37,692 nucleotides of DNA, taken from positions 1-37,692 of the IMG/VR virus record IMGVR_UViG_3300020016_000163; one strand, given 5' to 3'. This document shows positions 1-8,988 of the stretch, one piece after another (within the stretch, counting starts at the first letter, position 1; the number at the start of each line of letters is the position of its first letter). Made by a program: the position numbers and the translations under genes. This DNA is from a virus. Lineage: Duplodnaviria; Caudoviricetes. The notes beneath the pieces are model-generated. The model was not told where the DNA came from, made no database searches, and was given only the letters and a program-made list of their open reading frames with translations.

Positions 1-1710
1 GGAAGTATCTTTTAGCTGAGAATTAAAATAACCTTTTCCCGCTGTATCATAAATGTCATCAAATGAACCTTGCGTGTCATTAGATGAATAGAAGGCGCGA
101 ATATTCGTAAAACTGGTGTAAGTTGAATCTGTCGTCGTGCAAGCTAAGACAGAATTTCGATAAATATTGAATGTACTTGTTGCGGCAATTCTTGTCATGG
201 TGATTACATCACCACTAGATATGGCTGTTGACCCGGTACATAACAAAGTTAAACCAGCCGAATGATCGTTAAAATTCGAATACTTTCTCGCTATTGGTTG
301 GCTTGTACCACCATTGCGAGTAACATAAACACCATACCCTTGCAAAGAATTGTTTAAAAATGCAACTTCAAAGTTATAGCCGCCAGCGGGAGAAGCGACT
401 GTGTATTGCATAACAAAGTCACCGTTTATCGTTTGTGTGCTTACGGCTTGGCATGCTCCAGTCGAACACAACATCTTGCCGCCACTCGCAGACATCGTTC
501 CTGTCGTATAAACCCCATCATTTTCTGAAGTCCAATTGTTAAAATTAGTGAAATTATCTGCCAAGTACGAATGCAAGGTAAGTGCTCCAACTACCGTATA
601 AGTATCAATTCCTGTTCCAAAGACAGTTCCCGCCCCAAAATTAGCACTAGATGAATCCGTCGTTGTATTAGTGCTCGTTGTTACAGCACCCGGAATACTT
701 GTTAATGAAATTGTTCCAGTTGGATTAGAACCACCCGCCGTAAAATCGCTTTGGCTTGTTTGAGTCCAAAAATTGGCCTTTCGTCTATTGGCTGTTTTTA
801 GGGTGGGTCCTATGTCGGTCGAAATGGCTCGGCTTAGGTTAGAGCCATCGTAGGTATAGATTTGGGCGTCAGAACCCCGAAAATAGACGTAATTCCCATC
901 GAAAACGTCGGTATTGTCGAGAGTCCCAATCGTGTTGGACACCGTAATGATCTGTAAATCAAATTGACTTGTCCCAACAATAAACCCAAAGCTCTGATCT
1001 TTCCACCAGAGCCATCGTCCAAAACGATAGGCCAGATGCGTCAATTTTGAGCCTGGAGCCACAATGTCTTCAAAACTGCTGTCTGAGGGTTGTACCCCAA
1101 GCGCGAAGTTGGTTACGACGGCTGATTGGGAGTAGTAGAGACGGCTAGGGTTGGCCGAAGTCGCTCCGACCAACAGGCGATCACCCGTGTTTGAAATGAG
1201 ACTACCTTGAGGTACACCATTGGTTCCACAAACACCCGTCGTTCCTGCGCTTGTTCCGTTGGTCTTAATCGGGCAATCAAAGGCGGAGCTTACACAGTAA
1301 GCAAACCCCAGATAGTCAGTACAGTCCCAAGTTGCGCCACTGGTAACACCTGTGGTCAGGATGACTGACCAGGCAGCGCCATTGACGCTGGAGTTCACCT
1401 TTACGTCGTTAAACGCTAGTCGGACTTCATTGCCGCTTGAATCAAAGAATTTATAGAGATTGTGGACTGGCCCAGTAGAGAAATTGAGCGTTACATCTAA
1501 TCCGTAACCTTGACGTTTCTTAACCGATGTTCCGCCATTGCCGACATCAACATTTAATAGGTCAGGGGATTGCTGGGCTGGGAGAGCTTCCTGGGCTTGG
1601 CTGGTGTTCAGGCCGCCAAAGGGGCCAATTCCCTGAGAAGTAATCTGATCTGAATAAACAACCGAGCTTGTTAGTAAAGAAGCGGCTAGGATGAAATGTT
1701 TGAGTTTCAA
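1..1710 (-). CDS. Tail nozzle/stabilisation protein (P22 gp10/T7 gp12-like), C-terminus off the window; N-terminal signal-peptide-like segment
   Basis: Not in ORF track; translated by hand, open 1710 to 1 (570 codons). TTG start overlaps adaptor stop (TTGA). Begins MKLKHFILAASLLTSSVVYS-DQITSQGIGPFGGLNTSQAQEALPAQQSPDLLNVDV...SVKKRQGY; FGGLN...NV...KR-GY and ANPSRLYYS are typical of podoviral nozzle propellers. Follows adaptor gene. Confidence 0.75.
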   Translation of the reverse strand, partial: MKLKHFILAASLLTSSVVYSDQITSQGIGPFGGLNTSQAQEALPAQQSPDLLNVDVGNGGTSVKKRQGYGLDVTLNFSTGPVHNLYKFFDSSGNEVRLAFNDVKVNSSVNGAAWSVILTTGVTSGATWDCTDYLGFAYCVSSAFDCPIKTNGTSAGTTGVCGTNGVPQGSLISNTGDRLLVGATSANPSRLYYSQSAVVTNFALGVQPSDSSFEDIVAPGSKLTHLAYRFGRWLWWKDQSFGFIVGTSQFDLQIITVSNTIGTLDNTDVFDGNYVYFRGSDAQIYTYDGSNLSRAISTDIGPTLKTANRRKANFWTQTSQSDFTAGGSNPTGTISLTSIPGAVTTSTNTTTDSSSANFGAGTVFGTGIDTYTVVGALTLHSYLADNFTNFNNWTSENDGVYTTGTMSASGGKMLCSTGACQAVSTQTINGDFVMQYTVASPAGGYNFEVAFLNNSLQGYGVYVTRNGGTSQPIARKYSNFNDHSAGLTLLCTGSTAISSGDVITMTRIAATSTFNIYRNSVLACTTTDSTYTSFTNIRAFYSSNDTQGSFDDIYDTAGKGYFNSQLKDTS

Positions 1711-2471
1711 GACCATCCTAGGGGATTCGATTTGGTGAGCTGGCCTGGACTTCCGACCCTACCCCCTGAAGGTTTCCAGGATACTCGCGCAGGAACAGCT
1801 TCGGGAACGTCAAAGAGGGACAAAATCATTTTGACTTCTGTTTCGTAGAGACCGGGTGATTGTCGGTTGTCTGAGCGGAAATATTTCGCTTTGCTTAGGC
1901 TGTCAGCGTCTTGGTTGTCCCGTAAACATTCCGCAACGGCCCAATACACCAAAGCTCGATGAAAAGGGACCATTAAAGCATTGGAATCAAATGGAACAGA
2001 TGCCGCGGTCCCAGTGGATAGCGGGGTAGGCTGATGAACTTCAAGAAGAGTCAGGGCATTCGTAACAGCCGCGTGGGCCGCATCGGGAGCTGGAACAAGA
2101 ATAACGGAACGAGTCGAAGCGTCCCAGCACCACAAAACAGGTTCACCAGGAGATTCGTTTTGCCAGTTGGGACGGTCGCGGTCCAGTTGGTAGCGATTGA
2201 TTGGCGAAAAGCCACTGCCTTCGACACGGATTGTTCCGTCCGGAAGGGTGAACGTTGCCCGGAGAATATCGATGATCTGGTCGCTAACGACAACGGCAGC
2301 GACGTTAGCTGTTGGCGTATAACTCGCAGTGACTTTTACGGCCTTTGCTTCTTTTTGAACCTGAATCTGCGCCGCGTCTAAGCGGAGGTCAATAACTGCT
2401 GGGAGCCATCGCGTTTGAGAAGGATCACCGAGGAGTCGGGAGACTTCACTTTCAAGGTCTGAACGTTGCAT
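1707..2471 (-). CDS. Head-tail adaptor (tail tubular protein A-like)
   Basis: 254 aa; MQRSDLESEVSRLLGD, GEP..W, LVPAPD, FHRALVYWAV resemble podoviral adaptors; directly upstream of nozzle gene. Confidence 0.7.
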   Translation of the reverse strand: MQRSDLESEVSRLLGDPSQTRWLPAVIDLRLDAAQIQVQKEAKAVKVTASYTPTANVAAVVVSDQIIDILRATFTLPDGTIRVEGSGFSPINRYQLDRDRPNWQNESPGEPVLWCWDASTRSVILVPAPDAAHAAVTNALTLLEVHQPTPLSTGTAASVPFDSNALMVPFHRALVYWAVAECLRDNQDADSLSKAKYFRSDNRQSPGLYETEVKMILSLFDVPEAVPARVSWKPSGGRVGSPGQLTKSNPLGWS

Positions 2472-4267
2472 TGAATGTCCTTTAAAATCTCAGCGTACTT
2501 TCGGGAGACCGTTTCTAAATTGAAATCGGTCTTAACCCTTGTGTAAGCCGCCTCCCCAATTTCTTTGCGTTTCTGAGCATCAACGATCAGCATTTTTAAA
2601 GCGTCATACCACTGCTGTGCGGTGTTGCAAATAAGGCCATCCTGGCCATCTTTAATACTGTTTTTAAAGGGATACACCCGGCTGGCTACTGTAGGCAGAT
2701 GGATGGCACTGTATTCCAACCAGCGCAAGTTGGATTTAGCTCGGTTGAAGTCGTTGTCTTTAAGGGGAGCAATCCCGATATCCAGATCCCATGATTTCAG
2801 GAATGCCGGATACTGATCGATATACACCCACTTCGACACCATGCCCATGTTTGGAATGCCCTCCCAGCCCGTGAAGAAACCGTCTTGGTCTGGTTGAGGT
2901 GTCATTAAGAATTGAACCTTTGGGAATTCCTTCAAAATGGCTGAAAGAGGCTCTTTGATAAGTTCGAGGTCTTTGCGGTGGTTCGAGCAGCCTGTATACC
3001 CAATCCGTAGCCAGCCATCTTCTTTTTTGGGGAAGTCAGGGAGAGGCTGCACTATGTCCCAGATATCGAAATCGATACTATTTGGGATGAGATAGGTCGG
3101 TTTTTCTGGAAACATCTTATGTATCTTGTCCAAGAGAAACTGTGTAGAACAGATTAAGGCGTCTGATATCTCAATTTGCTTCTGGCCAATCCACTCGGCC
3201 TCAGAGTTGGGTTGGTAAGGATGTGAGGCCACATTACCGCTTGGGATGTCGAAGATGTTGTCGTCGATCTCTGTAACAAATGCTTTTCTAACTCCAGTGG
3301 CTTGATACCATGGACCATTCGAAAGATCTTTAGCGCATCTAAGGAAAGCCAGAACGTCACGATTGATCGTGATTTGCCAGACCGACAAGTCACCGACACG
3401 CATGATCGACTCAAGTTGATTGAGTACAACCTTGTTTCTGATCCGTTTCTGCCAGCCAGCCGTTCGGTCGTCAATCTGGTTCCAGGGAGCATGTTCGTAC
3501 CCCGCTTGAATCAAACCGAGTTGGTTCATCTTCTCGGCAAACCCGAGCATCCGGTAGTAAACGGTCCCGGCCAACTGCGTAGGGCCAAACCAAACGCGAA
3601 GGGTCTTATCTTCTCTCTGTTCAGCTTCCCAGTCCATCGTTTCATCGCCGCCACACTTGAACAGCATCTCGGCTGGTTTATCGGCTAAGAAAGAGTTGGC
3701 AAATGAAACGGCAAACTGGCCGCCGGTTAAGGTGCGGATATAACACCAGGGGAAAAGCTGCTCTAGATCGTCACGAAGGCCAGGCTCTTCGTAGTAGCGA
3801 CGATGCTTCCTGGCGTCCTCCCAAATGAACCGTTCGAGGTTAGCGTGGGGAACGCTACCCATCAAAACGCCACCTGGCTTTAGGACTCTGCGGATTTCCT
3901 TTAGAACATCCTCAGGATCAACCAAATGGGACAATACTTCCATCAAAACAACCACATCAAAGTTTGCATCAGGAAACGGCAAGCTAGACGCATCGCAATT
4001 TATGACCTCTAGGCCCTTTTCTTTGGCTTTGGCGATGGCCACGTCACTCACGTCAACACCCGTCACGTCACATTCCCGTTTATCCATTAGCAGTTTCATA
4101 AACTCGCCAGAGTTTGCCCCAACATCCAAAACCTTTGACTTTAAAGGAATTTCATAGGCGATTGGGAGTACCCGAGATTCATGGAAACTGGCCCAGCCGC
4201 CCGGATGGGTGTCCGGGTAGGATTTATACTCATCAATCCATGCTTTCTTCTCGTCTATTGCGCCCAT
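2378..4267 (-). CDS. Class I SAM methyltransferase fused to GT-B (GT4-like) glycosyltransferase
   Basis: VLDVGANSG, DASSLPFPDANFDVV, EIRRVLKPGG; C-terminal EIDDN, RIGYTG..H..D, DIGIAPL.D..FN.AKS.L.WLEYS. Confidence 0.9.
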   Translation of the reverse strand: MGAIDEKKAWIDEYKSYPDTHPGGWASFHESRVLPIAYEIPLKSKVLDVGANSGEFMKLLMDKRECDVTGVDVSDVAIAKAKEKGLEVINCDASSLPFPDANFDVVVLMEVLSHLVDPEDVLKEIRRVLKPGGVLMGSVPHANLERFIWEDARKHRRYYEEPGLRDDLEQLFPWCYIRTLTGGQFAVSFANSFLADKPAEMLFKCGGDETMDWEAEQREDKTLRVWFGPTQLAGTVYYRMLGFAEKMNQLGLIQAGYEHAPWNQIDDRTAGWQKRIRNKVVLNQLESIMRVGDLSVWQITINRDVLAFLRCAKDLSNGPWYQATGVRKAFVTEIDDNIFDIPSGNVASHPYQPNSEAEWIGQKQIEISDALICSTQFLLDKIHKMFPEKPTYLIPNSIDFDIWDIVQPLPDFPKKEDGWLRIGYTGCSNHRKDLELIKEPLSAILKEFPKVQFLMTPQPDQDGFFTGWEGIPNMGMVSKWVYIDQYPAFLKSWDLDIGIAPLKDNDFNRAKSNLRWLEYSAIHLPTVASRVYPFKNSIKDGQDGLICNTAQQWYDALKMLIVDAQKRKEIGEAAYTRVKTDFNLETVSRKYAEILKDIQCNVQTLKVKSPDSSVILLKRDGSQQLLTSA

Positions 4268-4941
4268 TCGGCCTTAAATCCTCTCTGCTTAGCCATAATT
4301 GAATTCGGAAGAACCCTGTGACCACATAAATACTGCTCAGCCATAAACCCAATCTTTTTACCCGCTGCGATCCAGTCCTGGACTAACTGATAGTCGTCTG
4401 TAACCTTATCGGTCTCAGGCTTGTATCCGCCTATTTCCAGAATGTCTTTTTTCATGTACGCCGCGGCTGGATGGCAGAAGTAATTAATTCCGCCGGTCTC
4501 TTTGAACAGCTTTTCGTTGAACGCTTCACCGTTAAAGTCTTCCGTTGAGGCTCCGAAGTAGTTCACGCGAACGTAAGGCGCGGTCATCATAATCGGGCCG
4601 TTGGCGTGTTCTTTGAAGAACTTGAGCGTTTCTTCCGTTCGACAATCCGGATAAACATCATCAGAATCGCACACACCGATAAGATCGGCATTAGAATAAT
4701 TATTCCCAATGTTTCTTGACCTCCCAGCGCCTTGATTCGTTGCGTTATAAATCAACTTCACACGCTTGTCTTTATCAGCAAACCAATCCAGCAATTCATC
4801 ACTACCATCAGTGGAACAATCATCGACAACGACCAATTCGATGTTCTTCTCAGTCTGCTGCAGAAGGCTTTGCATGCACTCCCCAACCCACTCTACGCGA
4901 TTGTAGGTTGGCAACACGTAACTGATTAATGGCTTATCCAT
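4255..4941 (-). CDS. GT2-family glycosyltransferase
   Basis: ISYVLPTYNR, VVVDDCSTDGS, NQGAGRSRNIG, CDSDD (DxD), TDDY. Confidence 0.92.
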   Translation of the reverse strand: MDKPLISYVLPTYNRVEWVGECMQSLLQQTEKNIELVVVDDCSTDGSDELLDWFADKDKRVKLIYNATNQGAGRSRNIGNNYSNADLIGVCDSDDVYPDCRTEETLKFFKEHANGPIMMTAPYVRVNYFGASTEDFNGEAFNEKLFKETGGINYFCHPAAAYMKKDILEIGGYKPETDKVTDDYQLVQDWIAAGKKIGFMAEQYLCGHRVLPNSIMAKQRGFKAEWAQ

Positions 4942-4943
4942 CG

Positions 4944-5195
4944 TTATCTCTTAGGGTCAACAACTTCCATTGAACCGAGCGTCCCGGCAGGCTTGCATTT
5001 CTGTTCCCAAGGACGATCCCATTCCTCACCTGTTCCAGCGCTGTTCTTGCGGTTTTCGTTCATGTCGTTTGGGGATGTAGCACCTCGGGACTTCATGTTC
5101 CAATCATCGTCGTTCCCAAGATTTCCGGTTTCCCATGGCGTGACAACACCCGATTTACCTACTCCTGCACCTGGATCTGCTTTAACATCAGCCAT
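4944..5195 (-). CDS. Short hydrophilic peptide with repeated acidic-Trp motifs
   Basis: 83 aa, GGAGG RBS, tightly packed in operon; TPWET, DDWNM, EEWDR, RPWEQ. Confidence 0.7.
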   Translation of the reverse strand: MADVKADPGAGVGKSGVVTPWETGNLGNDDDWNMKSRGATSPNDMNENRKNSAGTGEEWDRPWEQKCKPAGTLGSMEVVDPKR

Positions 5196-5445
5196 TTGAA
5201 CCCTCCTTGCGATCAGTCAATTCCCATTCAGAACCTGTCTTTTTTTCGGCTGTTTCCCATTCTGGCCCTTTTTCTTGAAGATTGACCCATTCGTTGTCCT
5301 GTGGCTTACTATCGCGAACAATCGCGACAACTGGCGGGTTCATCGATCCACCACCCGTTTGCTGACTGTCAGACGGCATGGTCGCTTCACGCTTAGCAGG
5401 TAACGTTGAATCCATCTGCGCGGGCATTTTGGCTGAGAGTTTCAT
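5188..5445 (-). CDS. Short hydrophilic peptide with three EW repeats
   Basis: 85 aa, abuts upstream stop; NEWVN, PEWET, SEWEL at 10-residue spacing. Confidence 0.7.
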   Translation of the reverse strand: MKLSAKMPAQMDSTLPAKREATMPSDSQQTGGGSMNPPVVAIVRDSKPQDNEWVNLQEKGPEWETAEKKTGSEWELTDRKEGSNG

Positions 5446-5679
5446 TTAGGCCCCCTGTGCTGGTTTCTTCTGCGGAACGGTTGGATCATCTGGCGGCATC
5501 GCAGGATTTCCCATACGCTGGGTTTCATAAGGCTCGTTGGATCCAGGTTTAACATCACTCGTATCATCTTGAGCCATGTTCTTCATGCGGATGGTTTTGT
5601 AAGGTTCGTTACCGCCTGGCGCTCCCAATGGGCTGTCCGTTGCTGCTGATGGCTGCATCTTGCTGTTGGATGTCGGCAT
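5446..5679 (-). CDS. Short Pro-rich peptide with duplicated NEPY motif
   Basis: Likely start 5679 after GGAG RBS (track ORF from 5703); PGGNEPYKTIRMKN / PGSNEPYETQRMGN. Confidence 0.7.
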   Translation of the reverse strand: MPTSNSKMQPSAATDSPLGAPGGNEPYKTIRMKNMAQDDTSDVKPGSNEPYETQRMGNPAMPPDDPTVPQKKPAQGA

Positions 5680-7342
5680 TTTGTTCTCCTTGACCAAGGG
5701 CAAGCCCTCGGATAGTTTTGATGTACTTGTCTTTATTCAGTAGTGCGTTCCAATACCCTGCTGCGTCAATTCGGTAAGCTAACGAATAATTCCCAGCTTC
5801 CTTGGCTTTAATGGCCCGAATGCGTTGGATAATCTTTTTCTTGGTATCTGGCCATCGATACGTATTCAGGCCTGAACCGAAGTGATCCCATTCGTTTAAT
5901 TCGTTGTTGCCTTTGGTGTCGATGTACTCCTGATAGGGCAGCGGGATATTGGTCACGACATCTCGGCCAGCCATGACGAATTCGGCTGAAGCCAAGGGCA
6001 AGGTGTCGTGTCTGACCAAGCGGAGATAACATGAGTTTGCGTAAACGTACTCTTCCCATTTATCTCGAGGCAAATTCTTGGAATGCTTTAGATTCGGATA
6101 ATCAACTTCCCAACCGCCATCGCCGTAAGCCGTGAACTTAACGTCAGGCATCGCACGGATGATCGACAGTGTATGTTCGTAGCAATACTTGTCGAAGTCG
6201 CTTCTATTGGTCAGAAAAACTGAACATGTGAACTTCTCTGGCAGTGGCTTTAATTCCCATTGGCTATAGGACGGAATAGGAACAACCTGCGCTTTGATCC
6301 CAAAATCTGCGAGTTCTTTCTGGGCTAATTCAGTCTCACAGAGGATGTGATCGGCCTTTAATTGCAAGGCTCCGGCCAAAGGCTTCATGGCTTCATAGGG
6401 AAACTTCCTAAACCAATAAATATCAGCTCCCACAAAATGCACGATCTTTTTAACACCCGGCTGTTCAAAGTGCATCATGATGGAAGGATGTTGGTTGCCT
6501 TGATCAGTCGGTTTCATGTACCAACCGATTAGATAGAGTGCCTTGTAAGCGTGGGGCTTGAAAATCGTGTCATCCCGGAAATCAGCTCCGATCATCTTGG
6601 CGATTTCAACGCCATGATTTGCCGCGCCTAGCGAAGCGACACAAATTTCCCGCTCGGGTATTCCGTTTTTCTCTTTGATGTAGTGAACCCGTTCAACCCA
6701 ATTGCCGTGCGAGTCCATCGACAGCCCTTTCGGACGTGGCGGTTCAGCCATGAACGAGGAATCGAGTGGCCCAAGATAAAACCCTTTGACGCCAGCGCCC
6801 ACAACGCGTAGCCAGAAGTCCCAATCCTGTAAGCTCTTACAGTTGGTATCCCAATCGACTACGTACCGACGCCAAAGGGGAAAACCGCAATCGATATAGT
6901 TGGCGACTGTTAATTGCCACGCATCAAATGGCTTAGAAGGATAAATAGAGCGTACAGATGACGTATATTCGTAGCGTCCATAAGCAAAACCGCAATCAGG
7001 GTTGTTTTGTAGCGCGTCCACCCAGGTTCTAATGCAGCCAGGTTTTAGAATGTAATCGCTGTTTGTGAAACTAACAATTTCTCCCGTCGACTCTTTAAAC
7101 CCTGCATTCCTAGCTGCACAGGCCCCGGCATGGTCAATAACGATTCGTTTCCAATTGGAGTTTCCTTTGAATGCTTCAAAAACCTTCGCCAACTCTTCAT
7201 TTTCTCCATCAAATACACAAATAACTTCAATATTTGGATAGTCTTGATCTTCGACAGACAATAAGCATCGTTTCAAGACATCCTTGGGAATATCGTAAAC
7301 GGGAATAATTACGCTAAATAGAGGCTCGGGTTTAAATTGCAT
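5609..7342 (-). CDS. GT2 glycosyltransferase fused to a probable GT-B-like domain
   Basis: FSVIIPVYD, GACAARNAG, SLQDWDFWLR; C-terminal half with HFVGAD and RHDTLP.A..EF..AGR.VVTN resembles GT-B. Likely start MQFKPEP at 7342. Confidence 0.85.
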   Translation of the reverse strand: MQFKPEPLFSVIIPVYDIPKDVLKRCLLSVEDQDYPNIEVICVFDGENEELAKVFEAFKGNSNWKRIVIDHAGACAARNAGFKESTGEIVSFTNSDYILKPGCIRTWVDALQNNPDCGFAYGRYEYTSSVRSIYPSKPFDAWQLTVANYIDCGFPLWRRYVVDWDTNCKSLQDWDFWLRVVGAGVKGFYLGPLDSSFMAEPPRPKGLSMDSHGNWVERVHYIKEKNGIPEREICVASLGAANHGVEIAKMIGADFRDDTIFKPHAYKALYLIGWYMKPTDQGNQHPSIMMHFEQPGVKKIVHFVGADIYWFRKFPYEAMKPLAGALQLKADHILCETELAQKELADFGIKAQVVPIPSYSQWELKPLPEKFTCSVFLTNRSDFDKYCYEHTLSIIRAMPDVKFTAYGDGGWEVDYPNLKHSKNLPRDKWEEYVYANSCYLRLVRHDTLPLASAEFVMAGRDVVTNIPLPYQEYIDTKGNNELNEWDHFGSGLNTYRWPDTKKKIIQRIRAIKAKEAGNYSLAYRIDAAGYWNALLNKDKYIKTIRGLALGQGEQNADIQQQDAAISSNGQPIGSARR

Positions 7343-7775
7343 ATTCGCCAACCTTCCCATGAAGAACACCCCAAACATGGGCGTAAGAAATTCCAAACTT
7401 ACTTCCTATTTCATGAAGAGTCATCTCGGGCCATAGCGTTTTGATCTCTTTGTAATGTTCAGGATTTAATTTAGTCCACTTCCCTCGCATTGAGGGATGT
7501 TTTGCCCTGCCCTTAGAAATCATGTCCTTCATGTTGTCCTGACGAGTACCATCAAAGATATGGTCTGGTCTTACGCATAACCGGACATCGCATGAATGGA
7601 GGACGCAATTTTTAATAACGCCAAACATCATCTCGAACGAATATCGATGCGCCAGTACGCGCTTCTCGCCATTCCAGAAATAACCATACCCGCAATTGTT
7701 TTTATTGCCCTTCCATAGCCAGCAGGTGTCCGTCTTTTCGACCTTATCCCAAAATCTATCATCTCGTGTTTTCAT
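7332..7775 (-). CDS. HNH homing endonuclease with C-terminal HTH
   Basis: RFWDKV..TDTCWLWKG..GYG..LAHRYS..VLHSCD..CVRPDH..GT..DN; ATGA overlap with upstream stop. Confidence 0.9.
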   Translation of the reverse strand: MKTRDDRFWDKVEKTDTCWLWKGNKNNCGYGYFWNGEKRVLAHRYSFEMMFGVIKNCVLHSCDVRLCVRPDHIFDGTRQDNMKDMISKGRAKHPSMRGKWTKLNPEHYKEIKTLWPEMTLHEIGSKFGISYAHVWGVLHGKVGEYAI

Positions 7776-8986
7776 ACTCTGGCCTCCCCAGCCCACTTCT
7801 TAGCTTCTTTAACAACTCTTTCCGCATCCTCTGTGGTCATAGTCGAACTTACGGGCAAACTTACCGTCGATAAACCAATCCGTTCCGCATTCGGGAAATC
7901 GCCTAGCTTGTACCCTAAAAACCGGAAACCAGGCTCCAAATGAACGGGGTTGTAGTGAATCCCCGTTCCAATGCCCGCCTCGTACATTCGTTGCCGGAAC
8001 GCTTCGCGGTCTTTGACCCGGAGCATAAAGAGGCTCTTGCTGTGGCCCGGTTCACGCCAACCAAACGCGTCTTCGTAGATGTTCCACACCTTCGTGCGCT
8101 TAGCAAGAAGTTCTGGCCATCTGCGTAGTTGAGTTAAACCGATCGCGGCATGAATATCAGACATATTGCCCTTATAGCCCGGATGCACGACTTCGTAGTT
8201 CGTGATCGGGCCTTTTCCGTATCGTCCCCAAGCTCCTGAGCTTAGACCCTGATTGGAAAGGGTGCGAATCCGTTCAGCTAGATCGGCGTGTTTGCTCATC
8301 ACCATTCCACCTTCACCGCTGGTGATATTCTTGGTGGGGTAGAAGCTGAACACTGTCAAATCGCCAATGGTCCCGATCTTCTGTCTGCTTCCGGGTTTCT
8401 GTCCGTCGCTTGGTCCAACAAACTCGCTACCAAACGCGTGGGCCGCATCTTCAATCATCTTCAAGTCATGAACGTTAGCTAAGTGCATCAATTCGCGCAT
8501 ATCCGCACTTGCCCCGCCGTAATGGATTGGCATTAATCCCCTGATTTTGTGCTCTCGGTTCATCAAAATGGGTTTGATCTTATTAGCGTCTAGGTTGCCG
8601 TGTTCGTCCACGTCTACCAAAATAGGTTTTACGCGCATCGCTAGGATGGCGTTGATTGTGGCTGGAAAGGTGAGTGGGCTTGTGACAATTTCAGTGCCGT
8701 CGCCAATGTTCGTAACGGCCATCGAAAGCATTAAGCCCATCGTTGCCGAACTAAGCGCAACGGCATGGCCGCTACCCATGTAAGTCTCGAATTCTTCTTC
8801 GAATTGTTTTACGACTGGTCCACTACCTAACCATCCCGACCGTAGAACGTTATCCACTGCGTCAATTTCAGCGTGGCCGATGTCAGGTTTCCCGAACGTA
8901 ATGAACTTCGGAGCTTCCGGTTCAACGGTAACAGGAGATTCTAAAACAGCAGCTACTTTTCTGGGTTTTCCCTTTGGCCACGACAC
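7772..8986 (-). CDS. DegT/DnrJ/EryC1/StrS PLP-dependent nucleotide-sugar aminotransferase
   Basis: SGWL..GP.V..FE, IEDAAHAFG, FSFYPTKNITSGEGG (PLP lysine), G+GIHY.P.H, SLP. Confidence 0.95.
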   Translation of the reverse strand: MSWPKGKPRKVAAVLESPVTVEPEAPKFITFGKPDIGHAEIDAVDNVLRSGWLGSGPVVKQFEEEFETYMGSGHAVALSSATMGLMLSMAVTNIGDGTEIVTSPLTFPATINAILAMRVKPILVDVDEHGNLDANKIKPILMNREHKIRGLMPIHYGGASADMRELMHLANVHDLKMIEDAAHAFGSEFVGPSDGQKPGSRQKIGTIGDLTVFSFYPTKNITSGEGGMVMSKHADLAERIRTLSNQGLSSGAWGRYGKGPITNYEVVHPGYKGNMSDIHAAIGLTQLRRWPELLAKRTKVWNIYEDAFGWREPGHSKSLFMLRVKDREAFRQRMYEAGIGTGIHYNPVHLEPGFRFLGYKLGDFPNAERIGLSTVSLPVSSTMTTEDAERVVKEAKKWAGEARV

Positions 8987-8988
8987 GG

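Noticed and set aside
834-1022. 62-aa ORF in the track
   Set aside because: Out-of-frame shadow within the continuous 1..1710 nozzle frame.
1-1710. About ten N-x-S/T sequons suggesting N-glycosylation
   Set aside because: Roughly what the high Asn and Ser/Thr content predicts; no oligosaccharyltransferase present.
2378-8986. O-antigen conversion (gtrABC-like) or DNA glucosylation reading of the GT cluster
   Set aside because: No flippase or multi-TM transferase, no base hydroxymethylase/oxygenase, and location in the virion operon; disfavoured rather than excluded.
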